Below, piece after piece: positions 1 through 9,222 of a stretch of 28,094 nt of DNA. The stretch lies in assembly GCA_041159805.1 (NCBI GenBank), contig JBEAXM010000073.1, positions 1 to 28,094 of the forward strand, given 5' to 3'. The stretch's first letter is position 1; each line of letters begins with the position of its first letter. The position numbers and the translations under genes were made by a program. This DNA is from Bacteroidota bacterium. GTDB taxonomy: Bacteria > Bacteroidota > Bacteroidia > AKYH767-A > OLB10. A model generated the notes under the pieces. It was not told the origin of the DNA and ran no database searches. It saw only the letters and a list, made by a program, of their open reading frames with translations.

Positions 1-1
1 C

Positions 2-523
2 AACTTCGCCATCACAATCGACAGGCTCTGTTATCAGCTTATCGAAAACCATGGCGATTTTTCCAATTCGGTCATCATCGGCCTACAGCCAAGAGGCGTT
101 TATTTGTCGAACCGGATTGCAAATCGGCTGAGTAGCTTGTTGGGCGGTAAACCCATTGTAAATGGTAATCTGGATATCACTTTTTTCCGTGATGATTTTC
201 GTCGCCGGGAGCAGGTGATTGTCCCCAGCTCCACCGACATCGATTTCGTAGTGGAAAACAAAAAAGTGATTCTTGCCGACGACGTCCTGTACACAGGTCG
301 ATCCGTTCGCGCAGCCATGGATGCCTTGCAAAGTTTTGGTCGGCCGCTGAAGGTCGAACTGCTTGCCTTGATTGATCGTAAGTTCAGCAGGGAAATACCA
401 ATTGAGCCCAACTACGTGGGGAAAGCAATTGATTCCATCATGTCTGAGAAGGTGCGTGTATTATGGAGCGAGGTGGATGGTACAGATGAGGTTTGGTTAA
501 ACAGCAGGGAGGTAACATCATGA
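2..523 (+). CDS. pyrR: Bifunctional pyrimidine operon regulator/uracil phosphoribosyltransferase PyrR (5' truncated by window edge)
   Basis: Frame is open from base 2 (NFAITIDRLCYQLIENHGDFSNSVIIGLQPRG). Has PRPP-binding motif VILADDVLYTGRSVRAA and LLALIDR/RxxPIxPxYVG. Lies directly upstream of pyrB with an ATGA overlap. Confidence 0.95.
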   Translation, partial: NFAITIDRLCYQLIENHGDFSNSVIIGLQPRGVYLSNRIANRLSSLLGGKPIVNGNLDITFFRDDFRRREQVIVPSSTDIDFVVENKKVILADDVLYTGRSVRAAMDALQSFGRPLKVELLALIDRKFSREIPIEPNYVGKAIDSIMSEKVRVLWSEVDGTDEVWLNSREVTS

Positions 524-1449
524 GCACCACATTCAGCGCAAAACACCTGCTCGGCATCAAGGATCTGACCTTTGATGACATACAGTTGGTTTTTTCAACT
601 GCGGATAATTTCAAGGATGTCATCAACAGGCCAATCAAGAAGGTGCCTTCCTTGCGGGATGTGACCATAGCCAATCTTTTTTTCGAAAATTCTACGCGCA
701 CTCGCTTGTCTTTCGAGTTGGCTGAGAAACGCCTTTCGGCGGATGTATTGAATTTCTCGGCCTCATCATCATCGGTGAGCAAAGGAGAAACGCTGATTGA
801 TACGGTGAACAACATCCTTGCCATGAAAGTGGATATGGTGGTGATGCGTCACCCCAAGCCAGGTTCCGCCCTGTTCCTCTCAAAGCATGTGAAAGCAAGA
901 ATAGTGAATGCTGGCGATGGAACCCACGAACATCCTACGCAGGCCTTATTGGACGCGTTCTCCATCCGCGAAAAGCTTGGAGATGTGTCGGGAAAGAAAG
1001 TGGTCATCATTGGCGATATTCTCCATTCAAGGGTGGCACTTTCCAACATCTTGTGCCTGAAAAAGCTTGGTGCAGAGGTTATGGTTTGTGGGCCAGTAAC
1101 TTTGATACCACGTTACATTCAAGAATTAGGTGTGTTGGTGGAGCACGATTTGATGAAGGCACTGAAATGGTGTGATGTAGCCAACGTGCTACGGATTCAG
1201 TTGGAGCGTCAAGACATAAAGTACTTTCCTTCATTGAGGGAGTACACTATGATGTATGGCATCAACCGAAGGGTTTTGGAAAGCTTGGATAAGGAAATCG
1301 TTGTCATGCACCCGGGACCGATCAATAGGGGAGTAGAGCTCTCCAGTGATGCCGCAGACTCAGGCCAATCCATTATTTTACAGCAAGTTGAGAACGGTGT
1401 TGCCGTTAGGATGGCAGTTCTTTACCTACTTGCAGGTCAAGTCGATTAA
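520..1449 (+). CDS. pyrB: Aspartate carbamoyltransferase catalytic subunit
   Basis: Motifs FFENSTRTRLSF, KGETL, NAGDGTHEHPTQALLD, GDILHSRV, MHPGPINRG. Start placed at ATG 520, overlapping the pyrR stop, rather than the track's 493. Confidence 0.97.
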   Translation: MSTTFSAKHLLGIKDLTFDDIQLVFSTADNFKDVINRPIKKVPSLRDVTIANLFFENSTRTRLSFELAEKRLSADVLNFSASSSSVSKGETLIDTVNNILAMKVDMVVMRHPKPGSALFLSKHVKARIVNAGDGTHEHPTQALLDAFSIREKLGDVSGKKVVIIGDILHSRVALSNILCLKKLGAEVMVCGPVTLIPRYIQELGVLVEHDLMKALKWCDVANVLRIQLERQDIKYFPSLREYTMMYGINRRVLESLDKEIVVMHPGPINRGVELSSDAADSGQSIILQQVENGVAVRMAVLYLLAGQVD

Positions 1450-1520
1450 ACGTTTACAATTTTACTTTTTGCCATTACAGTTTCTTTTTCCTTATTTTGA
1501 TAGGACTTTATCACACATAG

Positions 1521-1865
1521 ATGCGCTACACGCTAGACAAAAACGACAAGTACGCCCTTATCCGGCTTCACGAAGAGAAGTTGAATACATTGATTTCTGC
1601 CGACCTAAAGTCGGAGTTGTTGATCATCAACAGTGAAGGTTATCACAACATCATCCTTGATTTGACTGATACGCAATATTGCGACTCTTCCGGGTTGAGC
1701 GCGGTGTTGGTTGGAAACAGGGTTTGTAGAAATGCCAATGGCAACTTCATCGTTACCGGTTTGAGTGATGGTGTTCGCAAGCTCGTCACCATTAGCCAAC
1801 TGGATTCAGTGCTATCAATCACTACCTCAGTGGAAGAGGCCGTTGCAAAGATGGCAACGGAATAA
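1521..1865 (+). CDS. STAS-domain anti-sigma factor antagonist (SpoIIAA/RsbV-like)
   Basis: 114 aa; IILDLTDTQYCDSSGLSAVL contains the phosphorylatable DSSG serine motif. Confidence 0.9.
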   Translation: MRYTLDKNDKYALIRLHEEKLNTLISADLKSELLIINSEGYHNIILDLTDTQYCDSSGLSAVLVGNRVCRNANGNFIVTGLSDGVRKLVTISQLDSVLSITTSVEEAVAKMATE

Positions 1866-1899
1866 TAATGTCTGACACAAACACACAACCACAAAACAT

Positions 1900-2652
1900 A
1901 TGATCAAAAAATTACTCCTCCTGTCCGCTGCTTTTCTAACACTCTCCATCCAAGCAAAATCACAATGTGTACCCGACCCAACACTCACCATTCCTGGCAT
2001 TTATCCCGATAGTGCCACCGGACTGGCTTCCGGAGTGGTAGGTGTTCCATACACACAGGTAATCCAGGCCAAGGTGCCGGTCGATACAGTGGTATCCATT
2101 AACGGTTTGCCTCCTACCAACATCACGATTTCGAACATCACTGTTACATCTGTAACCGGTTTGCCTCCCGGACTAACCTACAGCACCACTCCTGCAAATG
2201 GTATCTTCCCAGGTGGATCCAATGGATGTATGTTGGTGTCCGGAACCCCAACAACGGCAGGGGTTTATTTTGTGAATGTGATTCTCACCACAAATGCCAC
2301 CTTCCTGGGTTTCCCTATTTCACAGGTTGATACATTGAGCTACTACAGCATCACTATCAATACCTCTAGCGGAATTGCTGGAGCACAAGGTTCGAAATTT
2401 GAAATCCGCTCATTGTCGCCCAATCCTGCCAGCAGTTACACCGACTTTGAATTCTCCGTTCCAAGGACTGGAGACTACAAGATCCGCTTGTACAACATAC
2501 TTGGTCGTGAGGTGATGAGCCGTAACATCCGTGCCAATGCCGGTTTAAATAAGCAGCGAATCGATCTTTCCGACAAGGCTGCTGGTGTATATGTGGTTTC
2601 CATTCAGAATGGTGGAAGTGTCCTGACTCAAAGACTGGTTGTTTCCAAATAA
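1900..2652 (+). CDS. Small T9SS type A cargo protein: signal peptide, one Ig-like domain, C-terminal sorting domain
   Basis: Signal peptide MIKKLLLLSAAFLTLSIQAKS-Q; putative-Ig signature VTGLPPGLT...VSGTPTTAG; CTD LSPNPA...IRLYNILGREV...GVYVVSI...QRLVVSK. Confidence 0.85.
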   Translation: MIKKLLLLSAAFLTLSIQAKSQCVPDPTLTIPGIYPDSATGLASGVVGVPYTQVIQAKVPVDTVVSINGLPPTNITISNITVTSVTGLPPGLTYSTTPANGIFPGGSNGCMLVSGTPTTAGVYFVNVILTTNATFLGFPISQVDTLSYYSITINTSSGIAGAQGSKFEIRSLSPNPASSYTDFEFSVPRTGDYKIRLYNILGREVMSRNIRANAGLNKQRIDLSDKAAGVYVVSIQNGGSVLTQRLVVSK

Positions 2653-2654
2653 GA

Positions 2655-3599
2655 ATGCCTTTTGAAGTAACCATTCTGGGAAGCAGTTCCGCCACTCCTA
2701 CACCTGATAGACATCCAACCGCTCAAGTACTTAATGTACGCGAGCGGTTTTTTTTGTTGGACTGCGGCGAGGGTACGCAGATGCAGATGATGCGTTACAA
2801 GATTCGCCACGGCAAGATCAATCATGTTTTCATCACCCACTTACATGGCGACCATTATTTGGGATTGATGGGTTTGTTATACACGATGCACCTGCAGGGT
2901 AGGACTTCAGAGCTTCATGTGTTCGGACAGCAGGAACTGATGGATATCATTGAGATGCAGCTCCGGTTCTCAAGGTCTCAACTCCGTTATCCGTTGATTT
3001 TCCATCCAATCAAAAATTATTCGGGTGACATCATCCACGAGGACGATGATTTGGTGGTTCGTACTTTGGTCATGAACCATCGGATTCCTTGCACAGGATT
3101 TCATTTCCAAGAAAAACCTGGCCTGCGACGGATCAATACGGATAAATTGAAGCAATATTCGATACCAGTGCATCTGCTTGATTCCATCAAGCGTGGTGCG
3201 GATTTCACGGATGGGATGGGCAGGGTGATCCCTAATAATGAATTGACATTTGATCCAGCACCTCCAAGGTCTTATGCCTATTTTTCCGACACCTTGTTCG
3301 AGGAGGATCTGGCTTCTGACGTTGAAGGAACCGACCTGATTTATCATGAAGCAACCTTTCTGCATGATGACATCGAACGCGCATTGGCAACCTATCATTC
3401 CACCGCCCTTCAGGCTGCCATGTTGGCCAAGAAAGCCAAAGCGGGGCGATTGATCATAGGACACTTTTCGGCCCGGTATCCCAATTTAGAGCCTTTGCTT
3501 CATGAGGCACGATCCATTTTTCCTGAAACTGATTTGGCAACCGAGGGAAGCCGATTCTCCATAGAGCATGGCACCAAGAAAGTGGTGAAAGCATTCTGA
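2655..3599 (+). CDS. rnz: Ribonuclease Z (tRNA 3' endonuclease)
   Basis: Motifs ILGSSSATP, DCGEGTQ, THLHGDH, HEATF, GHFSARY, plus a flexible-arm (exosite) segment. Confidence 0.96.
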   Translation: MPFEVTILGSSSATPTPDRHPTAQVLNVRERFFLLDCGEGTQMQMMRYKIRHGKINHVFITHLHGDHYLGLMGLLYTMHLQGRTSELHVFGQQELMDIIEMQLRFSRSQLRYPLIFHPIKNYSGDIIHEDDDLVVRTLVMNHRIPCTGFHFQEKPGLRRINTDKLKQYSIPVHLLDSIKRGADFTDGMGRVIPNNELTFDPAPPRSYAYFSDTLFEEDLASDVEGTDLIYHEATFLHDDIERALATYHSTALQAAMLAKKAKAGRLIIGHFSARYPNLEPLLHEARSIFPETDLATEGSRFSIEHGTKKVVKAF

Positions 3600-4517
3600 T
3601 CAGTTAATTGGAAGGGTTTTGATTTGATCCATCCAATCTTCAGGTGAAAACCAAATCAGGTCATCATAGCGTTTGAACCAGGTCATCTGGCGTTTTGCAT
3701 AGTTACGCGTATGTTGTGCAATCAATGCTTCTGTTTCCTTCAAGGTGATTTCACCGTCCAAATGCATGAACATCTCCCTGTAACCAACAGTTTTCAATGC
3801 ATTATGATTTCGGAAACCGATTACGCTTTTTGATTCTTCAACCAAGCCGTTTTCAACCATCCATTTGGTACGCAAATCAATCCTACTGTATAGCGCCTCC
3901 CGTTCATGAAGAATCCCGATAGGAATGATGTTCCAATCGTTTTTAAGTGAATCTGTTTTATGAATTTGTTCCGAGTATGGCTTACCTGTAGCCATGGTGA
4001 CTTCGAGAGCACGAATAACGCGTCGTGGATTTTTGATGTCGATACGTCCGTGCGAAACGGGATCCTTTTGAAGCAGCATCGCTTGTAATTCCTCCAGCCC
4101 CGACTGATCCATTATGGCATGAAGTCGGGACCTGATTTCGGGGATGGCCGCGGGTAACTCGTCAAACCCCTTGATGACTGCGTCGATGAACAATCCGGAT
4201 CCACCTACCATGACGACGACCTGTTTTTTCTCAAATAGGGAGTTGATGGTTTGGGTTGCCCGCACTCCGTAGTCGGATGCATTGAACTCCTCTGTTACGG
4301 AGTGGCTGTTGATGAAGTGATGTTTCGCCTGGGCGAGCTCCTGTGGACTTGGCTTGGCGGTGCCAATGGTCAGTTCCTTATAGAACTGACGGGAGTCCGC
4401 TGAAACGATTTCCGTATCAAAATAACGGGCCAGCTCAATTGCGAGCGAAGTCTTTCCGGATGCGGTAGGACCTCCTACCACTAACAGGTTTTTTTTTGAA
4501 AATGTTCGGGAAATCAA
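3600..4517 (-). CDS. miaA: tRNA (adenosine(37)-N6)-dimethylallyltransferase
   Basis: P-loop GGPTASGKT, SADSRQFY, IGTAKPS, GGSGLFI, NPRRVIRALE, TRNYAKRQMTWF. Probable start is TTG 4517; the track's 4607 start overlaps the upstream gene. Confidence 0.95.
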   Translation of the reverse strand: MISRTFSKKNLLVVGGPTASGKTSLAIELARYFDTEIVSADSRQFYKELTIGTAKPSPQELAQAKHHFINSHSVTEEFNASDYGVRATQTINSLFEKKQVVVMVGGSGLFIDAVIKGFDELPAAIPEIRSRLHAIMDQSGLEELQAMLLQKDPVSHGRIDIKNPRRVIRALEVTMATGKPYSEQIHKTDSLKNDWNIIPIGILHEREALYSRIDLRTKWMVENGLVEESKSVIGFRNHNALKTVGYREMFMHLDGEITLKETEALIAQHTRNYAKRQMTWFKRYDDLIWFSPEDWMDQIKTLPIN

Positions 4518-4524
4518 TTTGGTG

Positions 4525-5154
4525 TTATTCCCTTTCGGAATCCTCTTCGGAGGACTCTTCAATGTCGTCGTACTCTTCCTCGTCAACGCCGTCGCCAAGC
4601 GCTTCACCCGATTCTTCCTCTTCTTCTTCGCCTATAATCTCCTCCTCATTCTCTTCACCATCGGCAAAAATGTCTGCCATTAGCAGGTCCTCTACGTTTT
4701 CAGGGTCGGGTACACCTCCTTTAGGGATATCAACTATCGGATATTGTTTGGGAGCATCACCGGTTGACTTGACACAAAGCGGGAACTCCTTGTTTTTATC
4801 ACCATCAGTGTGGATCCTTACCAGTTCTATCAAAAAGGTCCATTGTGAGGATGGGTCGGAAACGTAGTAGATTTTTTGGTGAGGATCGGCAATGAAATCG
4901 CAAAGACGGGCATCATCCATGGTCTTGAAATCCCCACGGGTGTTGCTTCCTTCTATGGTGCTTCGGATCTCCTGCCCCTTTTTCCAGTTGTCGTTGCTCA
5001 TGTAAAAGGAGGCGGGCTTGGAGGCGTCAAAGCCAATCGCTTTTTGAATGGAGTGATGAAACTCCAGGAAGGTCTGGGTGGAGCGGATATCGATATCTCT
5101 GTGGATGTCATCGTAATCCTCGAAGGAAACACGGAATCGGTAGAGGGCTGTCAT
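4525..5154 (-). CDS. pRiA4b ORF-3-like (so-called IS1096 passenger TnpR family) protein with acidic C-terminal tail
   Basis: N-terminal YRFRVSFEDY...RDIDIRSTQTFLEFHHSIQKAIGFD...ASFY pattern and YYVSD...WTFLIEL; 27 of the last 45 residues are D/E. Confidence 0.75.
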   Translation of the reverse strand: MTALYRFRVSFEDYDDIHRDIDIRSTQTFLEFHHSIQKAIGFDASKPASFYMSNDNWKKGQEIRSTIEGSNTRGDFKTMDDARLCDFIADPHQKIYYVSDPSSQWTFLIELVRIHTDGDKNKEFPLCVKSTGDAPKQYPIVDIPKGGVPDPENVEDLLMADIFADGEENEEEIIGEEEEEESGEALGDGVDEEEYDDIEESSEEDSERE

Positions 5155-5175
5155 GTGGCAAATGTTGTATTACTA

Positions 5176-5205
5176 CAAAAATAATAATCCGAATGAAATT
5201 ACAAA
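5176..5205 (-). promoter_or_regulatory. Bacteroidota sigma-70-type promoter for the 5154 gene/miaA unit
   Basis: Minus strand TATTTTTG (-7 box, 5176-5183) and TTTG (-33 box, 5202-5205), 18 bp apart; the -7 box is 21 bp upstream of the start codon. Confidence 0.55.
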
Positions 5206-5218
5206 ACAGAATCGACGC

Positions 5219-6628
5219 TCACTGATTTTTTTTCAATCCAAGTTCTTTCCCTTTCTGAATCATGAATGCAAAAGCCTCGTCATAATCGTTACGGATCACT
5301 CCGTCCAAGATGGCCTCTCTGATAGCGTTCTTTATGATACCGATTTCCCTGCCTGGATGGAGGTTGAAGCAAGACATGATCATTTCGCCGGTGATGGGTG
5401 GTTGCCAGTTTCGAACACGGTCTTTTTCCTCCACCTCGATCAGCTTTTGTTTGACCAGTTCGAAATTCTGTAGGTATTTTCTGACTTTCACTTCGTTTTT
5501 CGATGTGATATCGGCCTGGCACAAGGTCATCAGGTCGTCGATATCGTCCCCTGCTTCAAAAAGCAATCTGCGCACTGCCGAATCGGTTACAACGCTTTGG
5601 GCAAGTACAATGGGCCTTAGATGCAGCAGCACCAGCTTCTGCACATACTTCATCTTTTCGTTCTGGGGAAGTTTGAGTTGGGCAAAAATCCGGGGCACCA
5701 TTCTAGCCCCACGATCCTCATGCCCATGGAAGGTCCATCCCGTTCCTTCCTCAAATCGCTTGGTTGCCGGTTTGGCGATGTCGTGCAGCACAGCGGCCCA
5801 GCGTAGCCAGAGGTTATCGGTATTCTTACTGATGTTGTCCAATACCTGCAACGTGTGATAAAAATTATCCTTGTGTCCTTTTCCCTTCACATATTCAACA
5901 CCATGCAGGGCGGTCATTTGTGGGAAGAACTGGTGCAGCAGACCGGTATCGAATAACAGTTTAAAGCCAACGGATGGTATATCGGACAATATGATTTTGT
6001 TGAGCTCCTCGCTGATGCGTTCCATGGACACGATTTTGATGCGGTCCTTGTTTTCTGAAATTGCCCGAAGGGATTCCTGCTCGATGGTGAATCCTAATTG
6101 TGATGAAAAGCGAATGGCCCGCATCATTCGAAGTGGATCGTCTGAATAGGTGATGTCGGGATCCAAGGGGGTGCGCAAGATGCCCTCGTTCAAATCCTTT
6201 ATTCCGCCAAACGGGTCCACCAGCTGGCCTTTATCAGGGCCATTGAGTCCAATCGCCAGTGCATTGATGGTAAAATCCCTTCGCTTTTGGTCATCCTCCA
6301 ATGTGCCCGATGCTACGTCGGGTTTACGCGATTCGGATCGGTATGATTCCTTGCGGGCTCCTACGAATTCAATACTCCAGTCGCCGTAACGCAACATGGC
6401 GGTTCCGAAATTCTTGAACACGGTTACATGAATGTCGGGTCCGAGTGCTTTGGCTGCAAGCTCGGCAATTCGGATACCATCGCCGGTGACTACAATGTCA
6501 ATATCCTTGCAACCCCTTTGCAATAGGCAGTCTCGCACATATCCTCCAATCACATAGCCATGCACATCTGCCTTGTCGCAAACCGATCCGATAACGGAAA
6601 AGAAGTCCTGTTTGATGAATGCTTCCAC
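5219..6628 (-). CDS. cca: CCA tRNA nucleotidyltransferase (class II, poly(A) polymerase family) with HD domain
   Basis: Motifs IGGYVRD, KDIDIV (DxD), [31 protein letters not shown], and HD motif LHDIAK. Confidence 0.9.
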   Translation of the reverse strand: MEAFIKQDFFSVIGSVCDKADVHGYVIGGYVRDCLLQRGCKDIDIVVTGDGIRIAELAAKALGPDIHVTVFKNFGTAMLRYGDWSIEFVGARKESYRSESRKPDVASGTLEDDQKRRDFTINALAIGLNGPDKGQLVDPFGGIKDLNEGILRTPLDPDITYSDDPLRMMRAIRFSSQLGFTIEQESLRAISENKDRIKIVSMERISEELNKIILSDIPSVGFKLLFDTGLLHQFFPQMTALHGVEYVKGKGHKDNFYHTLQVLDNISKNTDNLWLRWAAVLHDIAKPATKRFEEGTGWTFHGHEDRGARMVPRIFAQLKLPQNEKMKYVQKLVLLHLRPIVLAQSVVTDSAVRRLLFEAGDDIDDLMTLCQADITSKNEVKVRKYLQNFELVKQKLIEVEEKDRVRNWQPPITGEMIMSCFNLHPGREIGIIKNAIREAILDGVIRNDYDEAFAFMIQKGKELGLKKNQ

Positions 6629-6637
6629 CTGCTGGAA

Positions 6638-7192
6638 TTATGATTTTAAAAATTGGAAACTACCATCGCTGGCGAATCGAATCACTACAATATTGTCAGG
6701 GTTGGATCTTGCACTGATTCGCAAATTTACCACATGGCATGGTTTGTTCAATAAATTGTTTGCGTGCGGATCCATCTCTGTAAAGGTGGCCAATAGCGGC
6801 TTGCCATAAGAGCTGGAAACTCGGTTGGCAAACGGTTCGGTTGCAATCATGAAGGGAATTTGTGCGTGCTCCTTTCCGAGAGGATGGGTTGCGCCTTCCA
6901 ACACCAATTGCAGCGGTTTTTCTGCAAAGGAAATCAGATCAATTACGGGCTCACTCAACGCGCCGCAGTATCTCGATAGTCTTCCCTCCTGGTCGAGTAG
7001 TATACAGGCGTTTTTGCAGTTGTTATTTGAAAGCAATTCTTCAACCAATTCCGGATTAGAGACGTCGCATGCCAAGCACCATCCAGCCTCGGTTGGAAAT
7101 GCTGCAATCATCCCTTTGCGGATTGCTTGTACGCACACCTTTGCCTCATCCAGCATTTGTGGATTGAGGCCGTTATTCGAATCATGACGCAT
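6638..7192 (-). CDS. TsaC/Sua5/YrdC-family protein with degenerate active-site motifs
   Basis: AFPTEAGWCLACD matches the family PTE/D...GCD motif, KPL segments are present, and the C-terminal DGSFQFLK resembles Bacteroidota TsaC. KxR and SxN motifs are not found. Alternative start ATG 7156. Confidence 0.75.
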   Translation of the reverse strand: MRHDSNNGLNPQMLDEAKVCVQAIRKGMIAAFPTEAGWCLACDVSNPELVEELLSNNNCKNACILLDQEGRLSRYCGALSEPVIDLISFAEKPLQLVLEGATHPLGKEHAQIPFMIATEPFANRVSSSYGKPLLATFTEMDPHANNLLNKPCHVVNLRISARSNPDNIVVIRFASDGSFQFLKS

Positions 7193-8312
7193 CTGTGTGC
7201 TGATCTTTGTAAATCGCCATCAGTTGATTTGCGATGGTTTGACTGTTTGTAAGTTCAACCACTTTTGAACGGGCTGTCCGCTGTTGGTTTTTTGCTGTCT
7301 CGTCGAGAGATGCCAATGAGACCAGTGCATGGGCTATGGATTCGACCTTTATGGGATCGAAAGTGATAAACCCTCCATTGGAGAGCTCATTGAAAACAGG
7401 GATGTCGGAAACTGCGGCATTCAAACCCATGACGGCGGCTTCGGCAAGTGGAATGCCGAAACCCTCCATCAAACTCGGGTAAATGAAACCATCGCTACAG
7501 CTGAGCAGTTTTACAAGCTCGGGAGTTTCCACATCGGTCTTTAGGATCACTCTCTCGGTCATCTCGTTTCTTGTAACCCAAGTGTTCACCTCATCATAAG
7601 TGTCGCCTTTTATACCTACCAACATCAGGTTTTGCGAAATCGACTGCTTGACGGATTTGAATGCTTCCAACAATCGAAGGTGGTTTTTCCTTTTATTGAA
7701 ACCGGAATGGTATATGAAGTAGGGTTTTTCGCTAGAGGTTTTTTTGCTTTCTGATGAATTGAAAAGTGGGTGAACGGGTTGGTAAACCACATGGATAGGC
7801 ACCTGTGTTTCCGGATAATGAAACAGGATGCTGTCTTTGGTGAAAACACTAGTGGCGATGATGGCATCGCAATTACGCAAAGCAAATTCCACTTTCCTAC
7901 GGTAGATGTTTCTGTCGAGCCAAGGGTAGTTCCGGGGGTGGTCGATGAAGATCAAATCGTGAATGGTGCAAACTTTCCGTATGCGGCGGGGCAGGTCGAA
8001 TGGGATTTCATTTGATAAACCATGAAATACATCCACGCCTGATTGGTTTGCTGTGCTTCCCATGCCTTTTGACCTCCACCAGAAGGGTGCAAAGGATGGC
8101 GAGACCAGTTCAATGTTTTCACATACCGATTCAGGATCGATGCCGGCAATAGCAATAGACTTAGCCCAGTCGGATTTTGATTTCGGGCTCAGTAATGTGA
8201 GTTTGGTTTCGGATGTGTGCAGCGCAAGGGCACGGACAATTGCACGTGAATAGTTTCCCAAACCGGAACGGTTAAAGAGCAGGCGCTTTGCATCAAATCC
8301 TATATGCAACAT
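7182..8312 (-). CDS. Glycosyltransferase family 4 (GT-B)
   Basis: Motifs IGFDAKR...GLGNYS, TIHDLIF, RKNHLRLLEAF, YPSLMEGFGIPLAEA, SDIPVF. Confidence 0.92.
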   Translation of the reverse strand: MLHIGFDAKRLLFNRSGLGNYSRAIVRALALHTSETKLTLLSPKSKSDWAKSIAIAGIDPESVCENIELVSPSFAPFWWRSKGMGSTANQSGVDVFHGLSNEIPFDLPRRIRKVCTIHDLIFIDHPRNYPWLDRNIYRRKVEFALRNCDAIIATSVFTKDSILFHYPETQVPIHVVYQPVHPLFNSSESKKTSSEKPYFIYHSGFNKRKNHLRLLEAFKSVKQSISQNLMLVGIKGDTYDEVNTWVTRNEMTERVILKTDVETPELVKLLSCSDGFIYPSLMEGFGIPLAEAAVMGLNAAVSDIPVFNELSNGGFITFDPIKVESIAHALVSLASLDETAKNQQRTARSKVVELTNSQTIANQLMAIYKDQHTDAS

Positions 8313-8334
8313 GTATGGTCTGAAAAGTCAATTT

Positions 8335-9144
8335 TTAAACGGCAACCGCATGATCGCGTAATGCATCGTTCAATGAGGTTTTAAGGTCGGTGCTTTGTTT
8401 GCGTTGACCGATGATCAATGCAATTGGAACATGGAATTCGCCCCCTGGAAACTCTTTTTTCACGCTTCCCGGAATCACCACGCTTCTTTCGGGGATATAG
8501 CCTTTGGGAAGCTCCTTGCCGGTGTTTGCGTCCATGATACGGGTGCTCATGGTCAGCGTGAGTCCAGCTCCAAGTACGGCCTCCTTTCCCACTCGAACGC
8601 CCTCCACAACGATGCAGCGGCTACCTATGAAACATCCATCCTCAATGATCACTGGAGCAGCTTGAACGGGTTCTAGCACTCCTCCGATGCCCACACCTCC
8701 GCTCAGGTGCACATGTTTGCCGATTTGTGCACAAGAGCCAACTGTGGCCCAGGTGTCAACCATTGTTCCAGCATCCACATAAGCGCCGATATTGACGTAA
8801 GAAGGCATTAGGATTACACCTTTCGAAATGTATGCACCATATCGTGCCACCGCATGGGGAACTACGCGGATTCCTGCCTCGGCATAATTGTGCTTTAATG
8901 CCATTTTATCATGGAATTCCATGGGGCCGGCATGGAAAGTTTCCATGGTTCTTATGGGAAAATAGAGGATGACGGCTTTCTTGATCCAGTCGTGAACAAT
9001 CCAGCCCGATTCGCTTGGTTCGGCAACACGCATCAACCCCTTGTCAAGTTGCTCGATGACATGTTCTATCGCGTTTCTGGTCTCTGCTTGTTCCAACAAG
9101 GATCTGTCGTCCCAAGCTTTTTCAATAATTGATTTTGGTTCCAT
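8335..9144 (-). CDS. dapD: 2,3,4,5-tetrahydropyridine-2,6-dicarboxylate N-succinyltransferase
   Basis: Motifs WIKKAVILYF, FHDK, RVVPHAVAR, LMPSYVNIGAYVDAGTMVDTWATVGSCAQIG, IGGVLEP. Confidence 0.97.
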   Translation of the reverse strand: MEPKSIIEKAWDDRSLLEQAETRNAIEHVIEQLDKGLMRVAEPSESGWIVHDWIKKAVILYFPIRTMETFHAGPMEFHDKMALKHNYAEAGIRVVPHAVARYGAYISKGVILMPSYVNIGAYVDAGTMVDTWATVGSCAQIGKHVHLSGGVGIGGVLEPVQAAPVIIEDGCFIGSRCIVVEGVRVGKEAVLGAGLTLTMSTRIMDANTGKELPKGYIPERSVVIPGSVKKEFPGGEFHVPIALIIGQRKQSTDLKTSLNDALRDHAVAV

Positions 9145-9149
9145 AGAGG

Positions 9150-9157
9150 CAAAATTA
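9150..9157 (-). promoter_or_regulatory. -7 promoter box for the dapD-GT4-tsaC-like-cca unit
   Basis: Minus-strand TAATTTTG matches TAnnTTTG, 5 bp upstream of the dapD ATG. Confidence 0.5.
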
Positions 9158-9222
9158 CCCTTTTGCTCTTACTTTGAAACGGTTTTGGAAGGAATCGGGT
9201 GGGGATTGTTTAGATTTACACC

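Noticed and set aside
1466-1499. Promoter for the STAS gene (TTTG ... TATTTTG); likewise TACTTTG before ruvX at 9170-9176
   Set aside because: These are one base short of the TAnnTTTG consensus, too weak to call.
4489-4497. A9 run near the miaA 5' end (also T8 runs at 2748-2755 and 5226-5233) as phase-variation tracts
   Set aside because: Short runs in housekeeping genes with intact frames; expected by chance in Lys/Phe codons.
4496-4867. Ser-rich plus-strand ORF
   Set aside because: Antisense mirror of the Glu/Asp-rich tail (GAA/GAG codons read as TTC/CTC/TCT).
4525-5154. Possible mobile element because of the IS1096 passenger family name
   Set aside because: No transposase, terminal inverted repeats or target duplication nearby; the gene is embedded in an operon with miaA.
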